Assembly: GCA_050950825.1 (NCBI GenBank)
Contig: JBMNIH010000004.1
Coordinates: 32,001-96,000, forward strand
Source of the DNA: Clostridia bacterium
Lineage (GTDB): Bacteria > Bacillota > Clostridia > JAAYHZ01
Reading direction: 5' to 3'
Length of the DNA: 64,000 nt
The notes below the pieces were generated by a model that was not told where the DNA came from, did no database searches, and saw only the letters and a program-made list of their open reading frames with translations. This document shows, piece by piece, positions 52,460-61,340 of the stretch. Made by a program: the position numbers and the translations under genes. Each line of letters starts with the position of its first letter. The stretch's first letter is position 1.

Positions 52460-53341
52460 ATGGATGACGGAAGGAAAATAAAAAAGAAAGATATCGCAAA
52501 GGAGAATATAAAAAGAAACATAGGACGATTCAAGTGCCCCGTATGCGGCGGCCCCATGCATCTAAAGGAATACGGCTTATCCTGCAGCCTAAAGCACAGC
52601 TTCGATATTTCCAAGAACGGATATATCAATTTGTTGACATCCTCCAAAAGACCCGTTTATCCGAAGGAATTGTTTGAAGCAAGACACAGGGTTTTAAGCC
52701 GAGGCCTTTTTGATCCTCTCATCGATACGCTTTTTTTCGTTCTGGAAAAATATATAGACAAAAGAAACGATGCGTTTGTGCTGGATGCCGGATGCGGAGA
52801 AGGGTCCCATCTTCATGCTCTATACCGTAAGACCGATGAAAAGAGCAAAATTACCTTCATCGGTGCCGACATATCCAAAGAGGCCATTCATTTGGCGGCG
52901 GCCTCCGCCGGCAATATCCTATGGACCGTTGCCGATCTGACAAGGCTTCCTTTTACGGATGAAAGCATCGATATTCTTTTTAACATTTTGTCACCCGCCA
53001 ATTATCCGGAATTCGAAAGAATCTTGTCCGAGGACGGCATCGTGATCAAGGTGATTCCGAATCCGCAATATTTAAAGGAATTAAGAGAAGCCCTGTATAA
53101 TCAAAATCGCTACTCCGGTGACAGAGTAGCGGAATATTTTTCGAATCATTTAAAGGTGATCGAAAATCGGGATATCCGTTATCAATTTAAAGTCGATGAG
53201 GACCTTTTGCCGGATTTCATCCGAATGACACCCTTGACATGGGGGACCAAGGTCGACGAAAAACTCGATCCGAAAGATATCCGAATCAAGGAAATCACCG
53301 TCGATTTGTCCGTTCTTGTGGGACGAAAAGGAAAACGATAA
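52460..53341 (+). CDS. RlmA-like rRNA (guanine-N1) methyltransferase
   Basis: Zn motif CPVC…CxxxHSFD, GYINLL, VLDAGCGEG and DISK. Confidence 0.82.
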   Translation: MDDGRKIKKKDIAKENIKRNIGRFKCPVCGGPMHLKEYGLSCSLKHSFDISKNGYINLLTSSKRPVYPKELFEARHRVLSRGLFDPLIDTLFFVLEKYIDKRNDAFVLDAGCGEGSHLHALYRKTDEKSKITFIGADISKEAIHLAAASAGNILWTVADLTRLPFTDESIDILFNILSPANYPEFERILSEDGIVIKVIPNPQYLKELREALYNQNRYSGDRVAEYFSNHLKVIENRDIRYQFKVDEDLLPDFIRMTPLTWGTKVDEKLDPKDIRIKEITVDLSVLVGRKGKR

Positions 53342-53352
53342 ATTTTTGCCGC

Positions 53353-54279
53353 CTATGCAAGGAGAGATTCCATGATTTCAACCGCTTTTTGCTCGTTTTC
53401 GTATGCGGAAGAAAGCAAAGAAGCGATTTTTTCCCTTATCTCGGGAAGGGCTGCATTTTCCCCGGTCTTTAACCGAAAGGCTTCCGTCCAAGCATAAAAC
53501 ACGGCCTTGTATATATCCGCAAGCTTTGCCAAACCCGTCTTTTCAAAGTACCTGTAGGCATACTCCTTTAATGCGGCGTATGTGCCGAGGTAATATTCTC
53601 CGTTCCAAGATGCGGCATGGTCGGGTTTTTCGGAAAATATCTTGATTAAAACAGGGTACGCATAAAGCCCTTTGGCATTTTCGCACCATTCTTTTCCCGT
53701 TAAGTGACAGACCGCAATTTTTAAAGTGTCCTTTAATATCGCTTCCTCCGATTTATCGGAAGCACCCTTGACGGTTAAGACCGAAAGAATCGGCAATTCG
53801 CCTTTTCCCAAGGCCTCGTATGCCATTTGGCCGTATTGAGAGGAGGTTACGGGTAACGTGGCAAGGATCTTTGCTTCGTCGTCATAGCCCGTGATAAGCC
53901 CCCATTCCGGGACGCCGACATTCCATGATACGGCGGGTATGCCTCTGTCTATGGAAGATTTGATTATTTCCAAAGCTTGAAGCCGTCTTTCTTCTTCGAT
54001 GAAGTCCTGCCCCCAATAGCGTCCCGTATAATCGCAAAGAATTCCGCCGCTTTCCACCCAAGGTTTTTGCATTTCAAAGTCCCATATGCTTGTAGCCGAA
54101 GGGCATAAATCGGCATTGACCCACATACGGAAGGCAAAGCCGGATGTTGCAACGATGTCCTCGGCCTTCTCGGAATACGGGCTGTTTTTTACCGCCGCAC
54201 ACAGCGACTTCGCGAAAGAAAACAAATAGCCGGTAGAGTCTTTTACGGGTCCCCAAGATATGTTCAGCTGCTTTTTCAC
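53353..54279 (-). CDS. Hypothetical protein (BtrH-like/papain-fold remnant possible)
   Basis: 308-aa ORF with SGFAFR, SIDRGIPAV and WGLITGYDD motifs; function not assignable. Confidence 0.6.
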   Translation of the reverse strand: MKKQLNISWGPVKDSTGYLFSFAKSLCAAVKNSPYSEKAEDIVATSGFAFRMWVNADLCPSATSIWDFEMQKPWVESGGILCDYTGRYWGQDFIEEERRLQALEIIKSSIDRGIPAVSWNVGVPEWGLITGYDDEAKILATLPVTSSQYGQMAYEALGKGELPILSVLTVKGASDKSEEAILKDTLKIAVCHLTGKEWCENAKGLYAYPVLIKIFSEKPDHAASWNGEYYLGTYAALKEYAYRYFEKTGLAKLADIYKAVFYAWTEAFRLKTGENAALPEIREKIASLLSSAYENEQKAVEIMESLLA

Positions 54280-54370
54280 GTTCGTTCCCTCGATACCGAA
54301 AATATTTTCTACAGAATACCATACATCGTAATCTCAGGCAATTTTATATCCGAAAAATCCGAAAAGCTTC

Positions 54371-54427
54371 TTGACATATAGGTCTATAGCATGTAGACTT
54401 AATACGAGAGGTCGATAAGGTATAGAC
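54371..54427 (+). promoter_or_regulatory. sigmaA promoter with two BlaI-type operators
   Basis: TTGACA-N17-TAGACT. Imperfect palindromes gtctat-N5-gtagac (54382-54398) and gtcgat-N5-atagac (54411-54427). Confidence 0.75.
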
Positions 54428-54439
54428 TTAAAAAGGAGG

Positions 54440-54811
54440 TTGCAAATCCGGGATATGCTTACGGAAAGCGAAATGAAATTTGCGGAATTGATATGGGAGC
54501 ACGAGCCCGTTGCATCCGGCGATCTGGTGAGGCTGTGCGAAAAGAAAATGCAATGGAAAAAGTCCACCACCTACACCATGTTAAAAAAATTGTGCGACAA
54601 AGGGATTTTTCAAAATAGAGACGCGGTTGTTTCCTCCCTTATGACGAAGGAAGAGTATATTGCCAAGCAAAGCATCCGTTTTGTGGAGGATACCTTCGGA
54701 GGCTCGTTGCCCATGTTTTTGACGGCTTTTATGAGCTCCAAAAAGCTTAATCGACGACAAGCGGAGGAGCTGAAAAAATTAATTGACGAGTATAAGGAGG
54801 ATGAGATATGA
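54440..54811 (+). CDS. BlaI/MecI/CopY family repressor
   Basis: LTESEMKFAELIW, WKKSTTYTMLKKL and FGGSL. The exact start is uncertain. Confidence 0.92.
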   Translation: MQIRDMLTESEMKFAELIWEHEPVASGDLVRLCEKKMQWKKSTTYTMLKKLCDKGIFQNRDAVVSSLMTKEEYIAKQSIRFVEDTFGGSLPMFLTAFMSSKKLNRRQAEELKKLIDEYKEDEI

Positions 54812-56439
54812 GCGAGCTTTTTCTTACGGTTTTGAATATGAGCATAACGGCAAGCTATGTCATTCTTGTCGTGCTTTTGGCAAGGCTTTTTTTAAAAAAA
54901 GCTCCGAAGGTCGTATCCTATGCTTTATGGAGCGCCGCCGCCTTTCGGCTGTTAATTCCTTTCTCCTTGGAAAGCGTATTCAGCCTTTTTCCTTGGAATA
55001 CAAAAAGAAGCCCCCTCATACCGGCGGATATCGTCTATCAACAAGAGCCGAAAATTCAAAGCGGTATTGAGGATTTGGATACCTTTGTGAATCGTGTTCT
55101 TCCGAAGCCTTCGGCAGCGGCAAGCGCCAATCCCCTTCAAATTGCCGCGGAAATCGGAGCCTTTATATGGATCCTCGGAAGCCTTTTGCTCCTTACATAC
55201 GTCATCGTATCCTCCTTGCTTCTTAAAAATAAGCTGAAACATGCATATGGAGTCGGCGAGAACTGCTACGAGGCTCCGAGCCTAAAAACTCCTTTTGTTT
55301 TCGGTATCTTCAAACCGAAAATTTACTTGCCAAAGGGATTGGTTGTGAAGGAAAGAAGGTATATTCTCCTTCATGAAAATATCCATATTCGAAGAAAAGA
55401 CCACATCATTAAGCCGTTCGCCTTTTTGATCGTATGCATCCATTGGTTTAATCCTTTTGTATGGATCGGATTTTTCTTCATGTGCCGGGATATGGAGCTT
55501 TCCTGCGATGAAAAGGTGTTGAAAATAGAGGGCGGACAAATTAAAAAGCCCTATGCAACAACGTTGATGTCTCTGGCCACAGGTAGGTATATTCGAATCG
55601 GCAGTCCTCTTTCTTTCAGCGAGGGGAACATTAAGGGGAGGATTAAAAACGTGTTGGGATATAAGCCGTTAAAGGGCATAGGGGCCGTTGCCGCAGCGGT
55701 TTTGGCTTTGGCTCTTGTGATCGGACTGATACTCAATCCCAAAGGCAAGGCCGATTCTTTAAGGTGGGCAAAATCGTTGAAGACGGAGGATATAAAAAGC
55801 ATCGAATTGATCGTACACCCTTCTTCCGCATCGGATCGATACAAAAGGTTCGAGCCTTGGGAATACGAAAAGATCGTCCAACGGATTAACCGAAGCCACG
55901 GCAGGCTTGTGGAAAATCCCCAAAGCACGGCAGGAGGAGAAATGACCCTTTATATCACAACCAAAGACGGCGAGGTTCATTATGTGGCCAATCGAGCCAA
56001 TACCTATTTGATAATCGATGGCGATGCGTACAAAGCCGATTATCATTGGCTGAGCGAATGGGATTATAAAGGAATCCGGTCGGTGCCGGACGACTTTTAC
56101 AGCCGAACCGATCCCGTGATTTTGTACGAGGTCTTCTACCTTGAAAAGGGGAAGGTCAAAACCTCGGTATCGTTAGAAGACGAAGCCCGAATCCGGCTTG
56201 CCAAGGACATTCTCATGGACTATATGATCAAATCCTCCTTCCGTCCGAATGTGAATGTAAGCGAATTGGAGGAGTACTATCTTTTGGTTTTTAACTATAG
56301 GGACGGCACGGCTTCCGAATACTATCTGTTTTTACAAGACGGAAACGCCTGTCTTCAACGAGGCAAGGAGGGAACCTCCAATTATATAAAAAACGAGCTA
56401 TATAATAGCCTTGCGGAATTCGTGAATAAACAACAGTGA
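54808..56439 (+). CDS. BlaR1-like M56 metallopeptidase sensor with non-PBP extracellular domains
   Basis: HENIH zinc motif, HWFNP and MELSCDE. ATGA overlap with the repressor gene. Confidence 0.9.
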   Translation: MSELFLTVLNMSITASYVILVVLLARLFLKKAPKVVSYALWSAAAFRLLIPFSLESVFSLFPWNTKRSPLIPADIVYQQEPKIQSGIEDLDTFVNRVLPKPSAAASANPLQIAAEIGAFIWILGSLLLLTYVIVSSLLLKNKLKHAYGVGENCYEAPSLKTPFVFGIFKPKIYLPKGLVVKERRYILLHENIHIRRKDHIIKPFAFLIVCIHWFNPFVWIGFFFMCRDMELSCDEKVLKIEGGQIKKPYATTLMSLATGRYIRIGSPLSFSEGNIKGRIKNVLGYKPLKGIGAVAAAVLALALVIGLILNPKGKADSLRWAKSLKTEDIKSIELIVHPSSASDRYKRFEPWEYEKIVQRINRSHGRLVENPQSTAGGEMTLYITTKDGEVHYVANRANTYLIIDGDAYKADYHWLSEWDYKGIRSVPDDFYSRTDPVILYEVFYLEKGKVKTSVSLEDEARIRLAKDILMDYMIKSSFRPNVNVSELEEYYLLVFNYRDGTASEYYLFLQDGNACLQRGKEGTSNYIKNELYNSLAEFVNKQQ

Positions 56440-56458
56440 AAATGAAGACGATAGGAAC

Positions 56459-57337
56459 GTGAAAGGAAAGCATGCATTGAAAACATTGGCGATTTTTGAT
56501 GATCAAAATTACGACTTGAATTGGGAAAGATACGAACGTATCGCCGTAAGAGCGATTGTAATAAAAGGCAGCCGGATCGCTCTTGTAAAAAATATAAAAG
56601 AAGGCTATTACAAGTTTCCGGGAGGCGGGGTAGAAGACAAGGAGTCCTTTTTAGAAGCATTGGCAAGAGAGACCCAAGAAGAAATCGGGTTAAAAATCAT
56701 CCCGGATTCCGTAAAAGAATACGGGATGATTCACGAGATTCGAAAATCTCTGCATACGCATTCCGAAATCTTTCACCAAAAATCCTATTACTACACCGCA
56801 TCCGTTGAAGAGGATGAGTTTTCGAGATCCTTTCAAAGTCGTGAAATCGAATCCGGTACCGCGATCGAATGGCCGAATATTCTCGATGCCTAAGAAACCG
56901 ATTGGAGACTTGGACAAACCTTTGAAAGCAAATTTTTACTCCGGGAAGCTTATGTACTCCGAATGCTTTTGTACGATAGGAAAATACCCGTATCCCACAC
57001 CATGAAATTGGCTCCCGAACCGTTTGAAAAAATGAAGGAAGGAACCAAGACCATCGAGCTTCGGCTAAACGATATGAAACGGAAAACGGTTATGACGGGA
57101 GATACCGTAACCTTCGTGAATGCAAAGGATCCTTCGAAGACCTTCGCCGCAACCGTTTTACGCCTTCACGCTTTTCCTTCCTTCCGGGAGCTGTACCGGG
57201 CTTTGCCCCTAGAAAAATGCGGTTATTCAAATGAAGAGCTTATTACCGCGAAACCGGAGGATATGGATGCTTACTATTCGAAAGAAGATCAGCTTCGCTT
57301 CGGGGTGTTGGGAATCGAAATTAAAAAAGCGGAATAG
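56459..57337 (+). pseudogene. NUDIX hydrolase-ASCH domain fusion interrupted by one in-frame TAA
   Basis: Nudix box GGGVEDKESFLEALARETQEEIG. After TAA 56891-56893 the same frame stays open into the ASCH-like MKLAPEPFEKMKEGTKTIELRLND…GD ORF. Confidence 0.75.
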
Positions 57338-57428
57338 AAGCTATCGTTTTTTTCTTTTTGCTCTTTTTCGAAAACATGTTATGATATAACGGATATAATT
57401 ACGGCATAGTTGTAAGGAGACCTCATGC

Positions 57429-59171
57429 GTGTTTAAGCTTATTAAATACTTAAAAGGCTATATCAAAGAGAGCATCATCGGACCCTTGTTTAAATTTCTT
57501 GAAGCTTGCTTCGAATTGATCGTTCCTTTGGTGATGGCGAGTATTATCGATATCGGTATTGCGAACAACGATACGTCCTTTATCTTAAAAAGAGGGGCCT
57601 TCATGGTCCTATTAGGCTTTTTGGGATTGGTGTGTTCCCTTACCGCCCAATATTTTGCCGCCAAAGCGGCCTTGGGCTTCGGAACCGCCCTTCGAAACGA
57701 AATGTTTTCCCATATCCACAGCCTTTCTTATTCCGATATTGATAAAATCGGAACCTCCACCTTGATTACGAGAATCACAAGCGATATCAATCATGCGGAG
57801 TCGGGGGTCAACTTGATTTTGCGACTCTTTTTGCGTTCCCCCTTCATCGTTATCGGAGCCATTGTAATGGCCTTTTATATCCATGCAAAATTAACCCTGA
57901 TTTTCCTCGCGGTGACCCTCCTCATATCCGCCGTGATATACGTTATCATGACCAAGTCCATCCCCTTATACAAAGGCATCCAAAGCAAGCTGGATACGGT
58001 CTCCCTCATCACCCGTGAGAACTTGACGGGAGTTCGGGTTATCCGCGCTTTTTCCAGACAGAAGGACGAGATCGAACGCTTTGAGGATACGACCTGCGAA
58101 TTGACGAAGAATCAAATTCGGGTAGGGAACATATCCGCTTCCTTGAATCCCTTGACCTATGCCATATTGAATTTGGGGATTGTTGCGGTATTGCGGTTCG
58201 GAGGAATCGCCGTCGATATCGGTGACATAACCCAAGGGGAGCTCATCGCCCTTATCAACTACATGTCCCAGATCCTTTTGGCCCTTATTGCCCTTGCAAA
58301 CCTGATCGTCACCATTTCCAGAGCCTCCGCTTCCGCCATCCGAATCAACGAAGTGTTTTCACTGAAGCCCTCCATGACGGAAAAAAGCGTAAGCGATGTA
58401 AAAGAAGCATCCTCGGATCCCGATACTCCGAAGGTGGAGTTTCGAAACGTATCCTTTTCATACAACGGAACGGAAGCCTCTTTGTCGAATGTTTCCTTCC
58501 AAGCCCGAAAAGGAGAAACCGTAGGCATCATCGGAGGTACCGGCTCCGGTAAAACCACCTTGGTAAATTTGATTCCGCGTTTTTACGATGCTTCGGAGGG
58601 AGAGGTTCTCATCGACGGTAAAAACGTGACGGAATATCCTTTCTCCGAGCTTCGAAAAAAAGTCTCCGTCGTGCCTCAAAAAGCCGTCCTGTTTCGAGGA
58701 ACCGTACGGGAGAACATGAAATGGGGCAAAAGGGACGCTACCGACGAAGAGATTTATAAGGCGTTGGAAATCGCCCAAGCGAAAGATTTTGTGAACGATT
58801 TGCAAGGCGGCTTGGACGCTATGATCATGCAAGGCGGGAAGAACCTATCGGGAGGCCAAAGACAGCGGCTGACCATCGCAAGGGCGCTTACGGTGCAGCC
58901 GGAAATATTGATTCTGGACGACAGCGCCTCCGCCCTTGATTTTGCCACCGATGCAAGGCTTCGAAGGGCTCTTTCCACCCGGACAAAGGGCATGACGGTA
59001 TTTATTGTTTCCCAACGAGCCTCCGCCATAAAAAACGCGGATAAGATTTTGGTTTTGGACAACGGAAAACCGGTAGGTATCGGAAGGCACGAGGAGCTCC
59101 TTCGTTCCTGCCCTGTATACAGAGAAATTTGCTTGTCCCAGCTTTCGGAAGACGAGGTGAGCAAAGCATGA
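57429..59171 (+). CDS. ABC exporter subunit 1 (TMD-NBD, heterodimeric)
   Basis: GGTGSGKT, LSGGQRQR and degenerate Walker B ILILDDS. Confidence 0.95.
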   Translation: MFKLIKYLKGYIKESIIGPLFKFLEACFELIVPLVMASIIDIGIANNDTSFILKRGAFMVLLGFLGLVCSLTAQYFAAKAALGFGTALRNEMFSHIHSLSYSDIDKIGTSTLITRITSDINHAESGVNLILRLFLRSPFIVIGAIVMAFYIHAKLTLIFLAVTLLISAVIYVIMTKSIPLYKGIQSKLDTVSLITRENLTGVRVIRAFSRQKDEIERFEDTTCELTKNQIRVGNISASLNPLTYAILNLGIVAVLRFGGIAVDIGDITQGELIALINYMSQILLALIALANLIVTISRASASAIRINEVFSLKPSMTEKSVSDVKEASSDPDTPKVEFRNVSFSYNGTEASLSNVSFQARKGETVGIIGGTGSGKTTLVNLIPRFYDASEGEVLIDGKNVTEYPFSELRKKVSVVPQKAVLFRGTVRENMKWGKRDATDEEIYKALEIAQAKDFVNDLQGGLDAMIMQGGKNLSGGQRQRLTIARALTVQPEILILDDSASALDFATDARLRRALSTRTKGMTVFIVSQRASAIKNADKILVLDNGKPVGIGRHEELLRSCPVYREICLSQLSEDEVSKA

Positions 59172-60907
59172 AAAAGGACAACGACAAAGTGTTAAAAAGA
59201 ATCTTAAAATATACAAAGCCCTACGGGCACTTGCTCCTATTCGCCCTTCTTTTTACGATTGCGAGCGTTTCCATGACCCTTTATGCACCGGTTTTGGTGG
59301 GAAAGGGCGTGGACCTCATTGTGTCCGAAGGAAACGTGGATTTCGAAGGGCTTTATCCTCTTTTGATCCGATTGGGTATCGTGATTGCTCTCGCCTCGTT
59401 ATCAAGATGGCTTGCGGAGCGATGCACAAACAAGGTTTCCCATAATACCGCGCGGGACATTCGAATCCAAGCCTTCAAGCGCTTGCACATCCTGCCCTTA
59501 AAATACATTGATTCCGGTCGGCACGGTGACTTTTTAAGCCGGGTCATTACGGACGTCAATCAGGTTTCCGACGGCCTTTTAATGGGCTTCAGCCAGCTAT
59601 TCAACGGAATCATAACCATTATCGGCACCATCGTCTTTATGCTTTCCATGGACTTTCGGATAACGGTCATTGTGGTTTTGGTTACGCCTTTGTCCTTGTT
59701 TGTGGCGAATTTCGTAGCCAAAAACACCTACCATATGTTTAAGCTCCGGTCGGAGACAATGGGAGAGCTGACTTCATTGGTAGAAGAAATGACGGGCAAC
59801 CTGAAGACGGTGAAAGCCTTCGGATACGAAAAAGAAGCCCAAAAGCGGTTTGAAGAGATCAATTCCCGCCTGCGAAAGCACGGACTACGAGCCGTCTTCT
59901 TTTCTTCCATCACCAACCCCTGTACCCGCTTTGTCAACGGCGTCGTATACACCTCCGTAGGGATTGCCGGTGCGCTTTTGGCTATTAAGGGAGCCATCTC
60001 CGTAGGACAGCTTTCCGCCTTTTTAAACTATGCCAATCAGTATACGAAGCCCTTTAACGAAATATCCGGCGTCATTGCCGAGCTGCAAAGCGCTTTCGCC
60101 TCCGCCAAAAGAGTCTTTGATATTATCGACGAAGAACCCCAAACGCCGGATCCGGAGGATGCCGTTTGCTTGGACCGGCCGGACGGCAGCGTCGTTATCA
60201 AGGATGTGTCGTTTTCCTATCGCCCGGATATCAAGCTTATCGAAAATTTAAATCTGACGGTAAAGCCGGGCCAAAGGATTGCCATTGTCGGTCCTACCGG
60301 AAGCGGCAAAACAACCGTTATCAACCTGCTAATGCGGTTTTATGACGTAGATAAAGGTGAAATCATTGTCAGCGGATATCCCGTTAAAAAGATCAAAAGG
60401 GACAGCTTACGTTCGGCATACGGAATGGTCTTGCAGGATACTTGGCTTAAGACCGGCACCGTAAGAGAAAACATTGCGTACGGAAAGCCCGACGCAACGG
60501 ATGAAGAAATTGAAAACGCGGCAAAAGCGGCTCGTGCCGACAGCTTCATTCGGCGTCTGCCGAAAGGATACGATACTCTTGTATCCGATAACGATAAAAT
60601 CTCCGAAGGAGAAAAGCAGCTGCTTTCCATTGCGAGGGTCATGCTTACCTCGCCGCCTATGCTGATACTCGACGAAGCCACCTCCTCCGTCGACACAAGA
60701 ACGGAGATCAACATCCAAAAAGCCTTTGACAAAATGATGGAAGGCCGTACGAGCTTTGTGGTCGCCCATAGGCTTTCCACAATACGCGAGGCGGACTGCA
60801 TTTTGGTTATGAACAAAGGAAAAATCGTGGAGCAGGGGACCCACGAGGAGCTGTTGAAAAAAGAAGGCTTCTATGCAAACCTTTATTACAGCCAATTTGA
60901 TATTTGA
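59168..60907 (+). CDS. ABC exporter subunit 2 (TMD-NBD, heterodimeric)
   Basis: GPTGSGKT, degenerate signature ISEGEKQ, LILDEATS and AHRLST. Confidence 0.95.
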   Translation: MKKDNDKVLKRILKYTKPYGHLLLFALLFTIASVSMTLYAPVLVGKGVDLIVSEGNVDFEGLYPLLIRLGIVIALASLSRWLAERCTNKVSHNTARDIRIQAFKRLHILPLKYIDSGRHGDFLSRVITDVNQVSDGLLMGFSQLFNGIITIIGTIVFMLSMDFRITVIVVLVTPLSLFVANFVAKNTYHMFKLRSETMGELTSLVEEMTGNLKTVKAFGYEKEAQKRFEEINSRLRKHGLRAVFFSSITNPCTRFVNGVVYTSVGIAGALLAIKGAISVGQLSAFLNYANQYTKPFNEISGVIAELQSAFASAKRVFDIIDEEPQTPDPEDAVCLDRPDGSVVIKDVSFSYRPDIKLIENLNLTVKPGQRIAIVGPTGSGKTTVINLLMRFYDVDKGEIIVSGYPVKKIKRDSLRSAYGMVLQDTWLKTGTVRENIAYGKPDATDEEIENAAKAARADSFIRRLPKGYDTLVSDNDKISEGEKQLLSIARVMLTSPPMLILDEATSSVDTRTEINIQKAFDKMMEGRTSFVVAHRLSTIREADCILVMNKGKIVEQGTHEELLKKEGFYANLYYSQFDI

Positions 60908-60938
60908 AAAAAATCGTAGGAGAATCATATTTTGCAAG

Positions 60939-60965
60939 AAATTCGCTCTCAAGGCGGATTTTTTT
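60939..60965 (+). terminator. Probable Rho-independent terminator
   Basis: aaattcgc…gcggattt followed by a T run. Confidence 0.5.
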
Positions 60966-61340
60966 GTTATCATATTCGATAGTATTTTCACAGGGAAGTT
61001 CGGATTGAATATTATGTTTTTAGATTCTAAAAATAGATTAACTATATTTTTAGAATCATTTCGAAAATAGTAATAAATTAACCGAAAGTTTACTTGCCAT
61101 ACATTGACTATACTCGTAATCAATAATATAATGAAGCCACAAGGATACTTAATCATGTTGAAACTCTGTTCTACATTGTATGCGGAAAGAGTTTTTTAGG
61201 AGGGCCTTTCCGCTGTTCATCCGAAGGGGGTTGGTGTAACTACTCTGCAAAAGGTTTACGAATAAACAGATAACGAGTCGTTCCGGATTGGAAAGATAAC
61301 ATTGGCGCATCGTATTGACGATGAACAGGTGGGGAAAAAG

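Noticed and set aside
217-56893. Stop-codon reassignment or selenocysteine read-through as an explanation for the in-frame stops
   Set aside because: The interrupting stops are of two kinds (TGA and TAA). Both also end many intact genes here, and the TGA sites are not at catalytic Cys positions.
57429-60907. Degenerate ABC motifs as a sign of inactivation
   Set aside because: The D-for-E Walker B in one subunit and the altered signature in the other are the normal asymmetric pattern of heterodimeric exporters such as TM287/288.
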